Source of the DNA: a virus
Virus record (IMG/VR): IMGVR_UViG_3300009124_000009
Location: 7,014-71,013 of that record
Reading direction: 5' to 3' (one strand)
DNA length: 64,000 nucleotides
Positions 19,426 through 33,500 of this stretch are shown here, piece after piece; within the stretch, counting starts at the first letter, position 1, and each line of letters opens with the position of its first letter. Made by a program: the position numbers and the translations under genes. The notes beneath the pieces were generated by a model, which made no database searches, was not told the origin of the DNA, and saw only the letters and a program-made list of their open reading frames with translations.

Positions 19426-20652
19426 TTATTTGATTAGTAGTGTTCCCGCCATGTTTGCGTGAATAGTACACTGATAGTACAGAGTATTTGGTGCGCTCAT
19501 AGGAACGGTAAAATACTGGCGACCCGTTTTATCGCCACTAACACCAAGAGTCCACTCTGAACCAGACAAACCAGTTGTTGACTGAATTCTGAATGGGTGG
19601 TTGACACCAGCATTATTTACAAATACATATGTAAATCCTCTATACAGATGCAATGTTGGGTCATCAGTTTGTACTTGACCAGGACCCTCAATCAAATAGG
19701 AGTTGTTATTCAGACCAACTGAGATGATATACCAAAGAGTTGGCGATGGTTGGTTGATCCATGCAGGAAGAGCACCAGCACCCTGACTGTCATATGTAAT
19801 GGAGTCACCTCTGGTAAGAGTTGTAAAGTTTACATCAGTGAGTTCGGCAAACTCAAAACTGCCGTCTACATTGATAGTAACAGTGTCGCCAGAAATAGAA
19901 GTATTTACATTTGTACCACCAGCAATTGTCAATGTATCCGCAGAAGAATCCGCAGTTGTAGAACCAGTGTCACCAACAATAGTCTGGAAAATATTTTGAG
20001 TTGCAGCACCAGCAGCATCGTCGCCAGGTTGCCATTTACTCGTAGTGGAATTCCATTTCAGAACTTGACCATTCGTAGGTGCTGTTGTTGTGGTATCAAC
20101 ATCAGTAAATGCTGTAATGCTATCGAGTTTTGTGACCAGATCTACAGTTGCATCACCAGTTCCAGTGATGGTCATGTTGACTTTTGGACTGTTGTCTCCG
20201 TTTACAGTAAAGAAGAATCCTTTATGTGTGGAGTTGGATGGCGCATCTCCAACAGTAGGATATTCGTTTTTGTATGTAATTTTGTCAGAGACTTGAACAT
20301 GACCTGTCGAACCATCAAAAACAGTTGACTGACCACCATAACCAACGGTAACATCACCAGTTCCGTTGGGAGCAAATGAAATATCTCCATTGTTACTGGA
20401 GATAATAGAAAAGTTGTTTACATTGAGAGATGAAGTTAGGGAAGAATAGTCTTGAGGAACAAAATTGCTACCGTTCCACCTAAGAACCTGACCCTGTGCA
20501 GCACCAGAAGTGTTGATGGTCAAATCGGTTCCATTACCGATTGAACCATACAGTTCGGTAAAATTATCATTGATTTTATCGCCACCAGCTCTCAAAGAGT
20601 CGCCAGTACCGTCGTTGGCTAATGTGCCAATATTTACAAACTGTTTTGCCAT
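19426..20652 (-). CDS. gp9: gp9/gp10-like baseplate tail-fibre connector with a C-terminal cupredoxin-like domain (408 aa)
   Basis: N-terminus MAKQFVNIGTLANDGTGDSLRAGGDKINDNFTELY matches the T4 gp9/gp10 N-terminal motif; C-terminus NHPFRIQ..LYYQCTIHANMAG. Confidence 0.75.
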   Translation of the reverse strand: MAKQFVNIGTLANDGTGDSLRAGGDKINDNFTELYGSIGNGTDLTINTSGAAQGQVLRWNGSNFVPQDYSSLTSSLNVNNFSIISSNNGDISFAPNGTGDVTVGYGGQSTVFDGSTGHVQVSDKITYKNEYPTVGDAPSNSTHKGFFFTVNGDNSPKVNMTITGTGDATVDLVTKLDSITAFTDVDTTTTAPTNGQVLKWNSTTSKWQPGDDAAGAATQNIFQTIVGDTGSTTADSSADTLTIAGGTNVNTSISGDTVTINVDGSFEFAELTDVNFTTLTRGDSITYDSQGAGALPAWINQPSPTLWYIISVGLNNNSYLIEGPGQVQTDDPTLHLYRGFTYVFVNNAGVNHPFRIQSTTGLSGSEWTLGVSGDKTGRQYFTVPMSAPNTLYYQCTIHANMAGTLLIK

Positions 20653-20670
20653 CAGTCCAATGTTTTTAGT

Positions 20671-20677
20671 TATTTAT
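20671..20677 (-). promoter_or_regulatory. Late promoter (ATAAATA)
   Basis: tatttat overlapping the stop of the YHYH gene, 19 nt before the gp9-like ATG. Confidence 0.7.
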
Positions 20678-21561
20678 GGGTTGCCGCCGCCAGGGGGAGG
20701 GGGTCCACCTGCTTGACGTTGTTGTTTTGTACTAGTACCAAAAATATATGGGTACACAGGACGGTTTTGGGAATCTAACGTTAGGAAGTACGCATAAGTC
20801 CCGTTTGGATACTCTGGTGTTACGCAATAGCGACCATTATGAACATCCAAATCACCTAAGTTTTCAACAAACTCATAGTCATTCACATAAGTTCCTGCAG
20901 GGATATCTGCATACACGGAACCTCTTCCCACAATTGGAGAAGGGAATGCACGATAAGAACTTTGCATTCTTACTGGTTGTGTAAGAGGGTCTAAATTGTT
21001 TTCATAACCAAATGGACCGTATATGGGATAACCATCAAAACAAACTCCAACAATCTTAGAGTGTCCATCTGGATGCCTGAAAAAGTCACCCTGATAGTTT
21101 GTAGAACTGAAATAAGAATTAGAGTTGATTAGTTTAGAACCCCAGCAGTTTACTAGGAAAGAACCAGAGTGGTAATGGTATTCTCCAGACTGCTCTGGAT
21201 GCCCTCCACAAGCGTCTACACCGTATGATTCCTCATTATATACCGCATTGTATGTAAACCCCGTTGGAGGTTGTGTGCTGCTCCCTGGAAGGGGTCCTGG
21301 ACCAGCAGAAGGATTGAACAAAACGGTGCCATTCAAAGCAATCCCCTGTGGACCAAGAGTAGTCTCATGGGGATTTGATGTGTTTGTTCCACCACGATAG
21401 GTGAATGTAAAATCACCATCCTGTGCCGAAATTGTATTTGGACTGCCTGGAAACAACCCTGATCCTAATGGAGTTCCATATAGGGCAGGGTCTGGACGTA
21501 AATCAGATTCTATTTCTAGTTGATTTCCGTCCAGAGTTACAGTTGTGGTCGATATTGCCAT
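20674..21561 (-). CDS. YHYH-domain protein (295 aa)
   Basis: GIALNG, DACGGHP..GEYHYH, HSKIVGVCFDGYPIYGP, DLDVHNGRYCVTPEYPNGTYAYF: the complete YHYH family motif set. Confidence 0.85.
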   Translation of the reverse strand: MAISTTTVTLDGNQLEIESDLRPDPALYGTPLGSGLFPGSPNTISAQDGDFTFTYRGGTNTSNPHETTLGPQGIALNGTVLFNPSAGPGPLPGSSTQPPTGFTYNAVYNEESYGVDACGGHPEQSGEYHYHSGSFLVNCWGSKLINSNSYFSSTNYQGDFFRHPDGHSKIVGVCFDGYPIYGPFGYENNLDPLTQPVRMQSSYRAFPSPIVGRGSVYADIPAGTYVNDYEFVENLGDLDVHNGRYCVTPEYPNGTYAYFLTLDSQNRPVYPYIFGTSTKQQRQAGGPPPPGGGNP

Positions 21562-21583
21562 CTTGTCTTAGAACCCCTCATAG

Positions 21584-21590
21584 TATTTAG
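21584..21590 (-). promoter_or_regulatory. Late promoter (CTAAATA)
   Basis: tatttag overlapping the stop of the 6166-aa gene, 23 nt upstream of the YHYH ATG. Confidence 0.65.
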
Positions 21591-24500
21591 CTGGTGCTGG
21601 ATGACCAAATAGAAGTGATATCAAAGTTGCTGATTGTGTATGCGCTAGTTGGTGCGGTCCAACCAGTCGTTTCTTCCTCAGAAGTACCACCTTCAGTATC
21701 AGTACCACCGCTAGTTTCGCCCGTGACACCACCGCCAGAAGTCGTACCACCCGAAGTTGTTGGAGTGTCATCCACAACACCCGAACCAGCATCAGGTTCT
21801 TGTACTACCTGTCCACCCGAAGAACCAGTTCCAAGTTGGTCAACGACGATTGCGGGGGTGCCATCTGCAGGATAATCTGCAAGATTTGGAGGAGTCCAAT
21901 CATCAGGCACACTAGATTCTGCAATAACAACTGGATACTTATAACCAGAACCTTCGTTAGAGAGTTCAACACGCTCAACACCGATCAGTGCTTTGATATT
22001 AGAATCAAAACCAGAGATCGAGTCTACGCGGACGAGTGGGCGTGAGGTATAACCAGATCCACCCGATGTAACGCGAGCTTCTGTAATTCTTCCTCTGGTG
22101 ATATTTGCAGTTGCTGCAGCATCTTTACCAAAGACAGAACCCAGATAATCGAAGGTGATGAGCGAGTTTGAAGATTCAATAACAGCAACTTCACGGTCTT
22201 CTGTCTCACCCTGAATGTCTAGGATATCGCCAGGTTCAACTGGAGGAACAACAATCTCAGCGTCAACGTCTGCCTCAGAACCAACATAGGAGAATGCCAC
22301 GAACGTGGATCCTACGCGAGGAATCTCAGCAAAGATGATTCTGGAACCAACGATGTTGAACGCAATTCCTGGTTCTTGGATAACACCATTGAGCGAGACA
22401 ACGATGTTGTTTTCTGGTCTTACCGTAGCAGACTGAACGCCATCGGTTAGTGTCAGCGAGTAGAATGTACCACCGCGACGTAGGTTGAATGATTGACGTA
22501 GAGAGTCAAACTCAAACGAAATATCATCCAACTGTCTTAGTTTACCAACGTAGTAACCAGTGAATGAAGCACCAACCTCGGGAGGTTCGCTGAATTGAAT
22601 GTTATCGGAGAATGCCGTATATGCGAACAGAGAACCTGGAGGTTGGAGAATACCATTGATAAAGATGAGTAGATGACCTTCTGGATCTGGGAAGTATGGA
22701 GTGCCGTTTGCAGTAGTAAGTTTGAATGTAGTTTGTACACCATCGAAACCACGGAAAGAACGCTTGACTCTTGCCTTCAATTCAACAACGGTTTCAATTT
22801 GAGCAGCAAATCCAGCACGTCCCTTCAGGGTTTCGCGACTTGTCCAAGTTCCTTTGACCTGCGAGACGAATACACGCTTGCCAGTACCGACCTGCTTGAT
22901 ATCAACAATTCTTGCAGAAGCATTTCCAGCAACTGTTAGATTTGTTTGAATTGTTGCAAAACCGACTGGGAACTCTTCATCTAGAGGACCAAAGTAACCA
23001 ACAGCATCGCCATTATTGAAAGTTCCTAGGAATGGTTGTACATACAAATAACCGTTGTCCAAATCAACTTCGGTAATGATTGCACGCTTGTTAGCATCTC
23101 TAGTGCCAGCAATAATACCGTAAAGTGTGCCACCGACATCAAACTGATCAAGAAGTGCATCAGATACAACACCAAATCTTACATAACCACCAGAAACGAT
23201 ATTTTCACCAACATTCAATTCAAGACCAGCATACTGATTGATATCAAGATAAAGTCTGGAAGATTCTGGATAAACAACGCTGGTTGGTTCAAATGGTCCA
23301 ACCAGAGAATCAGTATCAACGGTTAGTTTACCACCAGTGTTAGAGGTAACTGCTGCCTCAGAACGAATAAAGTTCGTTGTTACGGCACGAACATTACTAG
23401 TGTACGCTTTGAATGGTACGTTGCTTTCAAAACTTCCTCTTAGACCGATGACATGAATTCTCTCTTCGATTGCGTCAATAGTTGCGTAAGCACCTTCGCT
23501 AGTTGTAATTACATCACCAATTGCCCATGGACCAGCAGTGATAATCATGTCAATGTAAGCAAAGTTTTCATCTGAGTAGAAAGCATAGATTGTGCCCGTA
23601 ACTGTAGGAGCACCCTGCTTAGCGGCAGTATCATTCAGTACGAAAGGACCATCAGTGATTCCACTTACAGTCAGGCGTACAAATGATGTTGCAACTTCTG
23701 CTTCATTGATGCTATACGATTCAACCTCAGCGTAGTTGTCTGTGCTTGTTCCATAAACAAACGATGCACCAACAATTTCACCACCAAGAGGAACGGGAAT
23801 ATTTCTAGTTCCATAGGTCTTGGGTTGCAACTCAATGCCGTTATAAACATCGATTGTGCTGTAGTACTCCTGATCTAGAAGTTGATTTCTATACAGACCT
23901 GTGTAATACCCAATCATTGCAATGATGTCTGCTGCAGTGTAATCTGCTGCAAGAGTTGCATTGGTATATGAGGGGAATGTAGTCTGAGGAGATGGATCAA
24001 CTAGTGTCTGGTTGAGTGCAGCAGACATGTAAGTCTCAACCTCATCAATAATATAGTTTCTGATATTGTATGCGTTGTTTGGATAGAACAGAGTACCATT
24101 CTGAGACTCATAGATATCAATATCACCCTTATTGAGTTTAGCACCCCAGAAGAGAACGCCGTTTGTGCCGTCGCCAGCACCCGTAGGTTGGGAACTATTG
24201 TTCATACCAAACATGATTAGTCTGACAGAACTTACACCGAATGGAACATCGAACGAGATGTATGCGCGATACCAACCGTCACCCTGAGCAAAAATGCTAG
24301 ATGCTACGTTTTGAACACCTGCAGTAAAAGTAGATCCCTTTGTTCCAGCAGCAAGATCGAGATTGAAGAATGCATAGTGAGCATCATCCCACTGGAGTCT
24401 AATTCTTGCTCTATCATAACCAGAAGACTTGAAGAATGCTGAGAATGTATACCTTTGAACAGATGCATCAACACCTTCGTCAAAGGTCAGATTACCTGCG

Positions 24501-27500
24501 TCAAAGGACAGATTATCACGGTCAAAGGTAGTATACGCGGTCAGAGCATAATCTCTATACAAACTCTTATCATCATTTGCATTTGTGGATGGAATAAATT
24601 TATCTGCCGTTGCAGTTCCATCAGGTCCGTTTGCAGCATCTACTGTAACAGTGCTAGTTGCAGTTTGGGTCCATCCACTAAAATCTTCAACTGAACCTAC
24701 TGGAATTAGATTGAGTGTTTGCTCAATATCTTGTACAGTAGAAGTTAGTTGTCTGACAGAGTTATAGGTTTGAGTATTTGTATACTCTGCTGTAGTTTGA
24801 TTGGTAATCGCAGTTTCCTGTGTTACCAAAATATCATGAATGATGTCATCAACTAGAGTATCCAAGAATTCATCTTCATTCCAAGAACCCGAACCCCACT
24901 GTGCCAGAACACTTTGCTCGATTTCTCTAGCATAGTAGTTCTTGTTGAATAGAAGCATTTGTGCGGCAGAGCGACCAGTGTCTCCACTAGGTGCAAGAGT
25001 CGCAACCAAAGCAGTAGTAAGGTTGTCAATAGCAGTTTGAACATCAGCACAATCACCAGCAGTGTAGTTTGAAGGATCACCATCATCGTTAGAATCAGTG
25101 ATTGTAAAATCAACATATGCATTTTCTTGCGTGTGTTGAGCAACATAGTGATCATTGGTGATTTGAATGTTGTTTGCTGTCTGTAGAAGGTTGTTTACTG
25201 CCTTCTTGCAAAGGAATGCAATTTGCTCATATGCATAAACTGTTGCTGCTAATTGATCTTCAACAGAGAAGATTTCCAAAGCGGAGTTCAAATACGCTTC
25301 AACTGCTGACAATGTGCTGTTATTACCACCAGTGAGAAGGTCTGCCATAATACCTTCGATGATGTATCCAGCATCACGGATGCACTTGTTTCTACCATCA
25401 ATACTACCACCAGGATAAGTAAAGGATTGATATGTGTTGTTGTTGCTTAGAGTATAGAAGAACTCATCTTCCATCAGACCAACTGCTTCTTCTGCAATAT
25501 AATCTTTATTGAATACAATCAGATTTACAGCATCCTTATATCTGTCACCAACAGGCGATAGAATGTCATTCAGTGTTGTGACTAGGTTGTCAATAGCAGT
25601 CTTGACATCAGCACAACCACCTGGATCATTGGTGATTCCAATGTCAGGAATGATTACAGCATCAGTATACTGAGCACTTGCTTCTAGATCGCCAGTAATG
25701 GCGAGTTTCATCATTTCACCCAGTTGCTCATGGGCATATAGTGAACCGTAGAGTTGGAGTCTGATGTGAATGATCTCATCATTCTGACCCAGATAGAACT
25801 TCGCTGCCTCGGTGGTATAGAAGTTTCCGCCAAATCTCAAGTCTTTTACCATTGCTGCTGTTAGCAGCGATAGGTCGGTCTTACAACGTGCAGTACCACT
25901 TCCAGTGCCATCCGTATTTCTAGGCATTTCGGTGACTAGATTTGGATAGTATGCAAGTAGTCTTCCAGAAGTTTCGTCAATAATCGCCTCAGTATTGAGT
26001 TCAATCAGATTTGCAGCATCTTGGAATCTGTATCTTGTATCATCAATAATCTCATTAGTCCAGAAGAACTTATTGACACCATCAACATATCTTACGGTGA
26101 GATCATCAGATCTGTATGCATAGACTTTAGCACCACCATATTCAAACTCTGCAGAAGTTCTAGTAACTGTTGCCAGGTGATCAACCTGGTTGTTATATGC
26201 CTCGTCTACAGTATCAGCAACAATATCATATAGTGTTGTCAGAGCAGAAGCAACATCAGCACAATATGGAGAAGAGGTATCAATAGTGATTGTAGTATCA
26301 TAATCTGGTGTCAGACCATGGTCACCAACTAAGGTGAGTGTGTCTTGACGCATGATAGCAATCGCAAGATCTCTTGCCTGCTGATATGCATATACAGTTG
26401 CTGCCTCTTCACCAACAACATGGTTGAGTTGGATTGGATTGAGTGTTCTATCAACATAGAAAGCAGCAGCATCCCAAGTTCTTGCATTACCACCATCTCT
26501 GATGTCTCTCATGATCTGACGAGTTACATCTCTAACATCGTCAACACAGTTGATGTATGTTGGATGAGTTCTGGTAATTGTTGCAGCAGAAGATGGATAG
26601 GTTGCAGCATCATTGCCGTCAGGATCCATAATCGTATCCGTGACGATCTGCATTAGTTCATCAATAACTGCTTCAACATCAGTACAACCACCAAAGACAT
26701 ATGTGATAGTTGTATCTTTAGTCTGGGTCAGACCGTGAGTTCCACTAATGGTTACTGTAGTGTTATTGATGATTTGCTTAGCAATATCTCTTGCCTCGTT
26801 GAATACATCAACAGAATCCTGCTCATTTCCAGATAGGTGTTGGATTACAGCACCATCGGTGTATAGATTTGCCGCGTCCCAAGTCTTAGAGTTGAAACCA
26901 TACTTGACGTTGTATGCAATGTTTCTAATAACATCGTAAACATCATCGATACAATCTTGTGATGTTGTTCCAGCTGGAGGGGTTGGAGAGATTCTTTCGT
27001 ATGCTTCATTAGCAATGAAGTCTAGGTTTGCAAACAGTAGGTTGTATGCATCAGCATAACGATCACCAACAATCGTAGATGGGATATGCAGTTTTGGATA
27101 TTGCAGATCTGTACGATGTGCTGCCTCATTTGCAATAAGGTCAATGTTATTGAGAATCTCACTTGCAGCATCATAGTAACGGAAAGCGATTCCAGTGTTT
27201 ACAAACTCATCAGTTTCATTCCAAACAGCAGCACCAGACCAGTCAATCGTATTGGTAGCACCATCTTCTCCATCCATGTGGAGAAGCAGCATTGTATTCG
27301 CATCGCCCTGGAAAATACCAGTTGGTGCAACAAAGTTTGCCGTGTAACGATTGGTCGTACTGACACGAACTTCATCAATAAAACCATTGAAGAAGTTGCC
27401 TAGATTTCCACCAATATAAACATTCTTAGCAGCGAATGAATTGGTATCTGCACCGCCACCACGCTGATCACCATCAATATAAAGTAGAGATTGACCAGAT

Positions 27501-30500
27501 GCTCTAACAATAGCAACATGATACCAGGTATCAACTGCCAAGTTGAGACTGGAAACAGCAATATCGCTACCATTTACATTGTAACGTACTTGAGCACCTT
27601 CTAGATAAACTCGTGCAGCAACCTCAGTTGCAGTTGCACGGAAATCTAGCAAGTTCTGAGTTCCAGTTACCGAGGAAGGTCTTACCCAGAATTCTAGAGT
27701 AAATGAATCAGTTCCAAAAGCAAAGTCAGATGTATTTGTTAGAATCGAGATGCTAGAATCAACACCATCAAATTCTGCAGAAGCAGTACCAAACTTCTTC
27801 TGATCTGTGCTAATAGCAGCACTACCGTTGAAAGTTGCAACATGATAATCAAGACCATTTGCAGAACCTCTACCAGTCTTTCCTAGATACAGGATACCTC
27901 TACCAGCAGCATATCCAAGAACTTCTGCTTTTGCATTGATAGTTCTAATGATTTGCCCAACGCTGAAGAATCCATTACCTTCTTTGTCTTTGATTGCAAG
28001 TTTTCTAGACTGTACAAGTTCATCAGAATCAAAATTACCAGTATCATTACCATACTCAAACTTGTAACTGCGGATAAACTCTCCATCCAGAATATCACCA
28101 GTTTCTTGGTTATATGTGATGACGTAGTTGTTTACAAACTCACCGCCAGGGAAGTTAGCATCGAAAGATACTAGGTTAGTATCATAATCATTGATCTGAA
28201 TTTGAGAATCAGCAATATTATCAAGAACGACGTTTGGATAATTTGGACTAGAGATTCTGTTGAACAGAAGACCGAAGAATGTAGAACCCTCAGAAATAAT
28301 TACCTGAGGAATAACACTACCGTCAACTGGGTTTGTATAGTTGATTGCTCTCTCAACCAAAGAAACTACGCCAGATTTTTGACCAACAATAATATCATAT
28401 TGAGCAATAGAGAATAGACCTGGAGTGGATTGATAAGTACCAGTCGTCTTAGACAGAGTTAGATCATTAGTAACCTCAATTGAAGTTCCATACAGAGGTG
28501 TTGATTCTTGCTGTTGTGCAGGAGTTGTACCAATTTGCCCTCTGAGAACAGTCAATGTAGTGGAATCGGAACCATTTACAACTTCTGTTACCTCAAATAC
28601 TTCAGACCCAAACTGATATCTCTCACCAACCAAGAATGTACCTGGTTCTACTGGAGCAGGAGATATACTTGCATAATCTAGAACTTCAATGGAAGATGTT
28701 GAAACACCAACAGTGTATCTCAATCTAGCAATTGGTCTATCTTGTCCAACTTCTAGGTTGATTTCTTCGATTGTAGCAATCTCAGCATCTAAGTTAGTAA
28801 TAGTCTCTTTGAACTCATACAAATGATCTGTCTGAACATTTGCATTTTTGATTTGAGTAACAGAATCTAGAATGCCCAGGAATCCTGTTGCACCAACGTT
28901 GAATGTTTCACCAATAATGTAATTACCTTCTCCTGCCTCAGATTCAGGAAGACCAGCAAGAGTGTTCAGGTCATCACCAGCAACACCATTGAAGAATACA
29001 TCAATAGTATTTCCACTTGTAGAAATAACAGTTCCTCTCCATCTGCTAGTCAGACCAACAATAGAGAAACCTAGGGTTGGGAAGATACCCGAAACATTAC
29101 TAAATGATAGTCTGTAAACAGATAGGAATCTAGTTTCAACTTGTGCATACTTTACACTAGCAGGAGGTTGAGGTGGTTCTGCAAAAACAATGTTGTTACC
29201 CTGAATTACATAAGATTCTATTGGGGTCTGCACAACACCATTGAGAACAATCATCAACTGGTCTGCTGAAGCAGAAACTGGTTCTAGAGCAACAGATAGT
29301 GGGAAAGAAATTTTCTGACCATCAAATTGATCAGAAATATCATCCAGTCTTTGTACAATCGATGTCAGAATGTTCTCTGAAGAGGTCAATCTCTTTTGAC
29401 GGAACAGAACCTCAGTATTGTTATATTGAGTATAAATTGGTTCTACAAGAGCAAAGTTTTGGATGTTAGGTACAATCGCAGAATCTGCCAGGTTTACAGA
29501 CTTAGTAAGTTCAAAGTCTGTAGTTCTATTTTCAATAGTTGCAGATTCGGTTAGTTGAAGTTGACCAAACAGTTTGAAACCTGCTGGGTGAACATTTGTT
29601 AGTAGTAGATTTCTCCAAGATTCAATCGAGACAGACGACTGAACTGCATAGGAGAACGTCTGATAATAGAAAGAGTCTTGTACTCTCTGAATAATTTCGG
29701 AAAGTTTACCACTATCATCAATAAACTGACCTGTAGTCTTGGTAATAGAGTCAATCTGTAGAACACCACGAGCAACAGAGATAGAAGCAATAACACCAGA
29801 AGACTTAGAAATTCTACCAGTTAGTTTATCGCCAATATTGAACGTTCCAGTATAATCAACTAGTTTCAGAAGTCTTGGTCCAACCAACCAACCATCATTC
29901 TCAGAAACATAACCAATCGCAGTTGGGTTATTGATATCATCCCCCTGATAAATTTCTTCACCCGCTAAGAACCCACCAGTGATAACGTTTGCTCTTGCAG
30001 CACCACCGAACGAATCGGTAAGCAGGATTTGACGACCATTACCAGCGTTTACGAAGGCAATTGCATCGCCAAGTTCAGCGTTTGAAGGAGTAATTGCAAG
30101 TTTTAGTTGATCTGGTTCTAGGGATTGTGCAGTACCAGAAATTGCATAGTATGTGGTTGAAGCATTCAGAGTTCCAGTTGCACCACCTGCAATTGGGAAT
30201 GCACCTTCATCCTCACCATCGTCCTGAACTTGAAGTTGCACTTCAGCACCGTTCTCAATACCATGTGGGAAAGAGAACTGCAGTAGACCCAAATCTAGGT
30301 TGACAACATAGTTGAACGAAGATTTCAGAGAAACAGTAGGTTCAGAAGAATAACCAGCACCAGGATCTTTTACAAAGATTTGATCGATACGACCGTTCTT
30401 GATCGTTGCTTCAGCAATAGCACCAGAACCACCACCACCTTCAATAATGACAGCAGGTGGTTGAGAGTAACCAGAACCAGGATCGGTAACAGTAATGTTA

Positions 30501-33500
30501 TCGAGAATGCTAGTATTGATCAACTGAGCGTTTACTGGGAAAGTAATCTCAGGGCGTAGAGTGTAGTCGTGAGGATAATCATAACCAAAGTTATTGTTCT
30601 TCAGGTTCTTGATCTTACCTACGTTAGTACCTCTAGTAAAGATAGATGCACCAGAACCGAAAGGTGGAATCTCAACTTGCAGTTCTGCACCAGAACCAGT
30701 TAGACCAGGACCAAGAATACCAGGAATTGCCTCAAGATCAATGAATGCACTAGTATAACCCTTACCAGCACTTGTAATCACTACAGATGAGATCTGACCA
30801 GGAATAGTAATTCCCTCTTCATCAGTTCCATCTTCAACTGTAATATTTACACGACCACCTTCACCATCACCAGAAATAGCAACGCCTTCATATACACCAA
30901 CTGCATATTCAGTACCAGGTTCTAGAATGTTTATACGCTCAATTTTTCTAGAAGAAATAATGCCAGAAACAATAGGAAGTTTCTTATAGAATCCACCGCT
31001 ATTGATAATACGAATATCACCGATTTCACCAACAACTTTTTCGGAAGAAGTTGAATATGCGGCATAAACAATATTTGCTGGACCTTCTGGTTCATCATTC
31101 AACGCAAACTTGATGATGTCTGGACCACGAGTAATTGTGGCACCACCCAAGAATCCTACGGTGTGTTCACCCAGATATGGAGAATATGTAACTGCCAGAT
31201 ATGCTTCGGAATCAACTGGAGAATTAGCACCAACTCTAGATGGGTCAAAGTAGTAAGAAATATTGGTAATTTCTGGTTCAGTGACTTTGAACACAACTTT
31301 TGGAGTTGGAGATCCAGTTGCAACAACACCAGGAGTTCCAGTACGAATAATTGAGTTGAACGAATATTCCAGTTTGTTTAGGTTGTCCTTAGAGAAGGAC
31401 AAGAAGTACCCCTGCATCGAAGGATGACTGACATCAAATTCATATTGATGTCCATAGTACATCTTGATAACTGGAGACTTAGCGTAAATGTCTACAGAAC
31501 CAGCAGATACAGCAGGATTGGTTGTAGCAACATCATCTAGTTTATAAATGAACTCTTTGCTACTTACAATAGTATCAACAGGGAATGCACCATCATACTC
31601 ATCATAATCCACATTACCAACAGTCTGAGTTGGGTTACCATCAACAAAGATCATGCTACCAACAGACAAATAATGTCTGTTACTGGTAATTACATAAACT
31701 TCGTCAGTATTTTCTACAGCGGAAACTCTTAGAGTCTTATCGAGAGTTGCAAACAGAGTAATCTTTGTAACACCAGTCAAACCAGTAATTTGAATAGCAG
31801 TATTATCACTATTTGTGAAAGAAAGGTTTCCAGATGGATCTGTTGGAACTTGAGTAATTGGATCAATATAATCGGGAATTGTTACCAGAGAACCCTTTAC
31901 ATATGGAGAAGAACCAGATACTTCATCAATTCTCACTGCATAGTTTTCATCGCTATATGATTTGAACTTAGCAAAATTATTCAGAGTTCCACCTAAGTAG
32001 GAAACTGTGCTCATGTCGATATCAAACTCACCAATCGTGGTATAAGTCGTTTGTGGGAACTCATAACTAACAATCTGGTTTACATCATTGACAGTAGGAC
32101 CAACGATCCCATATGTATCACCTTCATCAAACTGAGAAGTAGACAGCAAACCAGTGTTTAGATCATTAGACCAAGAGTTATTATTTACAGCAAGATAAAT
32201 CTGGTTATTAGTTGTGTCAATGTCAACAATGTAACCACTATTGATAAATGCACCTGCTTCTGTATTCAGAGTCAGTTTTGCTTTTTCGGTGAACTTGAAA
32301 TCCTGATTGATAGTCAGTTTTTGGATGTTATCGATCTTCAGAGTGTCAGCACTCTTGATGAAGAACTTACCAATAACCTTAGCGTCAACTTTGACTTTTT
32401 GAGAACCTGGAGCAGGGACAGTTGCAGTTCTAGAAGACCAAATGTCCTGTCCAAAGGTAGATGTTACTTCATCTACAACATGAGAAGTGTCTGCATTGTT
32501 TAGATCGAGAACTTGCAGACCCGAAGCACCAACTGCCCAGTCGCCAGAACCAAGAGTCAAACTAGAAGGTAGATTTGCAGTTACAGAAGATCTTACTTGC
32601 TTATATCCACTAAAGTTGCTTCCCTGGTTGGGGAAAGTACCAAGTCTAACACTATCGACATTTTTGTCCGACTTGATATAGTCGCCAATGTAGTCGATAT
32701 AATCATACTTCGCAGTATATGCGGTAAAGAACGCAGTGTCAGTAAAGGTATAGTTTTCAGTAGTTGCGCTAGCAATATCAGAAGGAAGAGTGAATGTATC
32801 AATTACTCTATTTCTGAGTTTGATGTTATCAATAGCAAAACTTGCTTGCGTTGCTTGCTCAAATACACCAGCAGAAACAAGACCTGGGAAGTTTCCGACA
32901 TACAGTTCTCTATCGCTCGTAGGAACATCCGCAGAGGTTGCGGTAATAACTGGAGATCCTCCATTGAGATAGACTTTGAAATCATTACCTGTTCTGGTAA
33001 CAGCAATATGATGCCATCTGTCTTGAGTGACAATAGAACCAGTGCTAGATGCAGGAGAAACCGTATCTAAAGCTGTTGTGCTGTTAGCAGCATACAATTC
33101 AAGATCAAAGTTAGCAACATCAATCAAAAGCATTACACCACCATTTTGCTGAGCATCATCGGTGATTGCAAAAACTGTATGGTGAGTTTGAGAAAGATTT
33201 GTAACTCTGGTGGATGGTACAAATACAAATGCTTCAAATGTCCAAGATTCACCATCACCAAAAGCATCTTGCAGTTCAGATCCTACAAATTGCAGATGTG
33301 TTGGTGTATAATTGGTTGTAACATTGTCAATGCCAATGAAACTCAATCTTTCGTTGACTTGCAGAGCAGAATCATTAGTTTGAGTTAGTACTGGGTCAGT
33401 AATAGCACCAGTTACATCGGCAAGAGCATCAGAAGCAAAATCTAGAACAAATTCATTTCTATTCCAAGATGTTTGACCACCGATATAGACATCACCAGAA

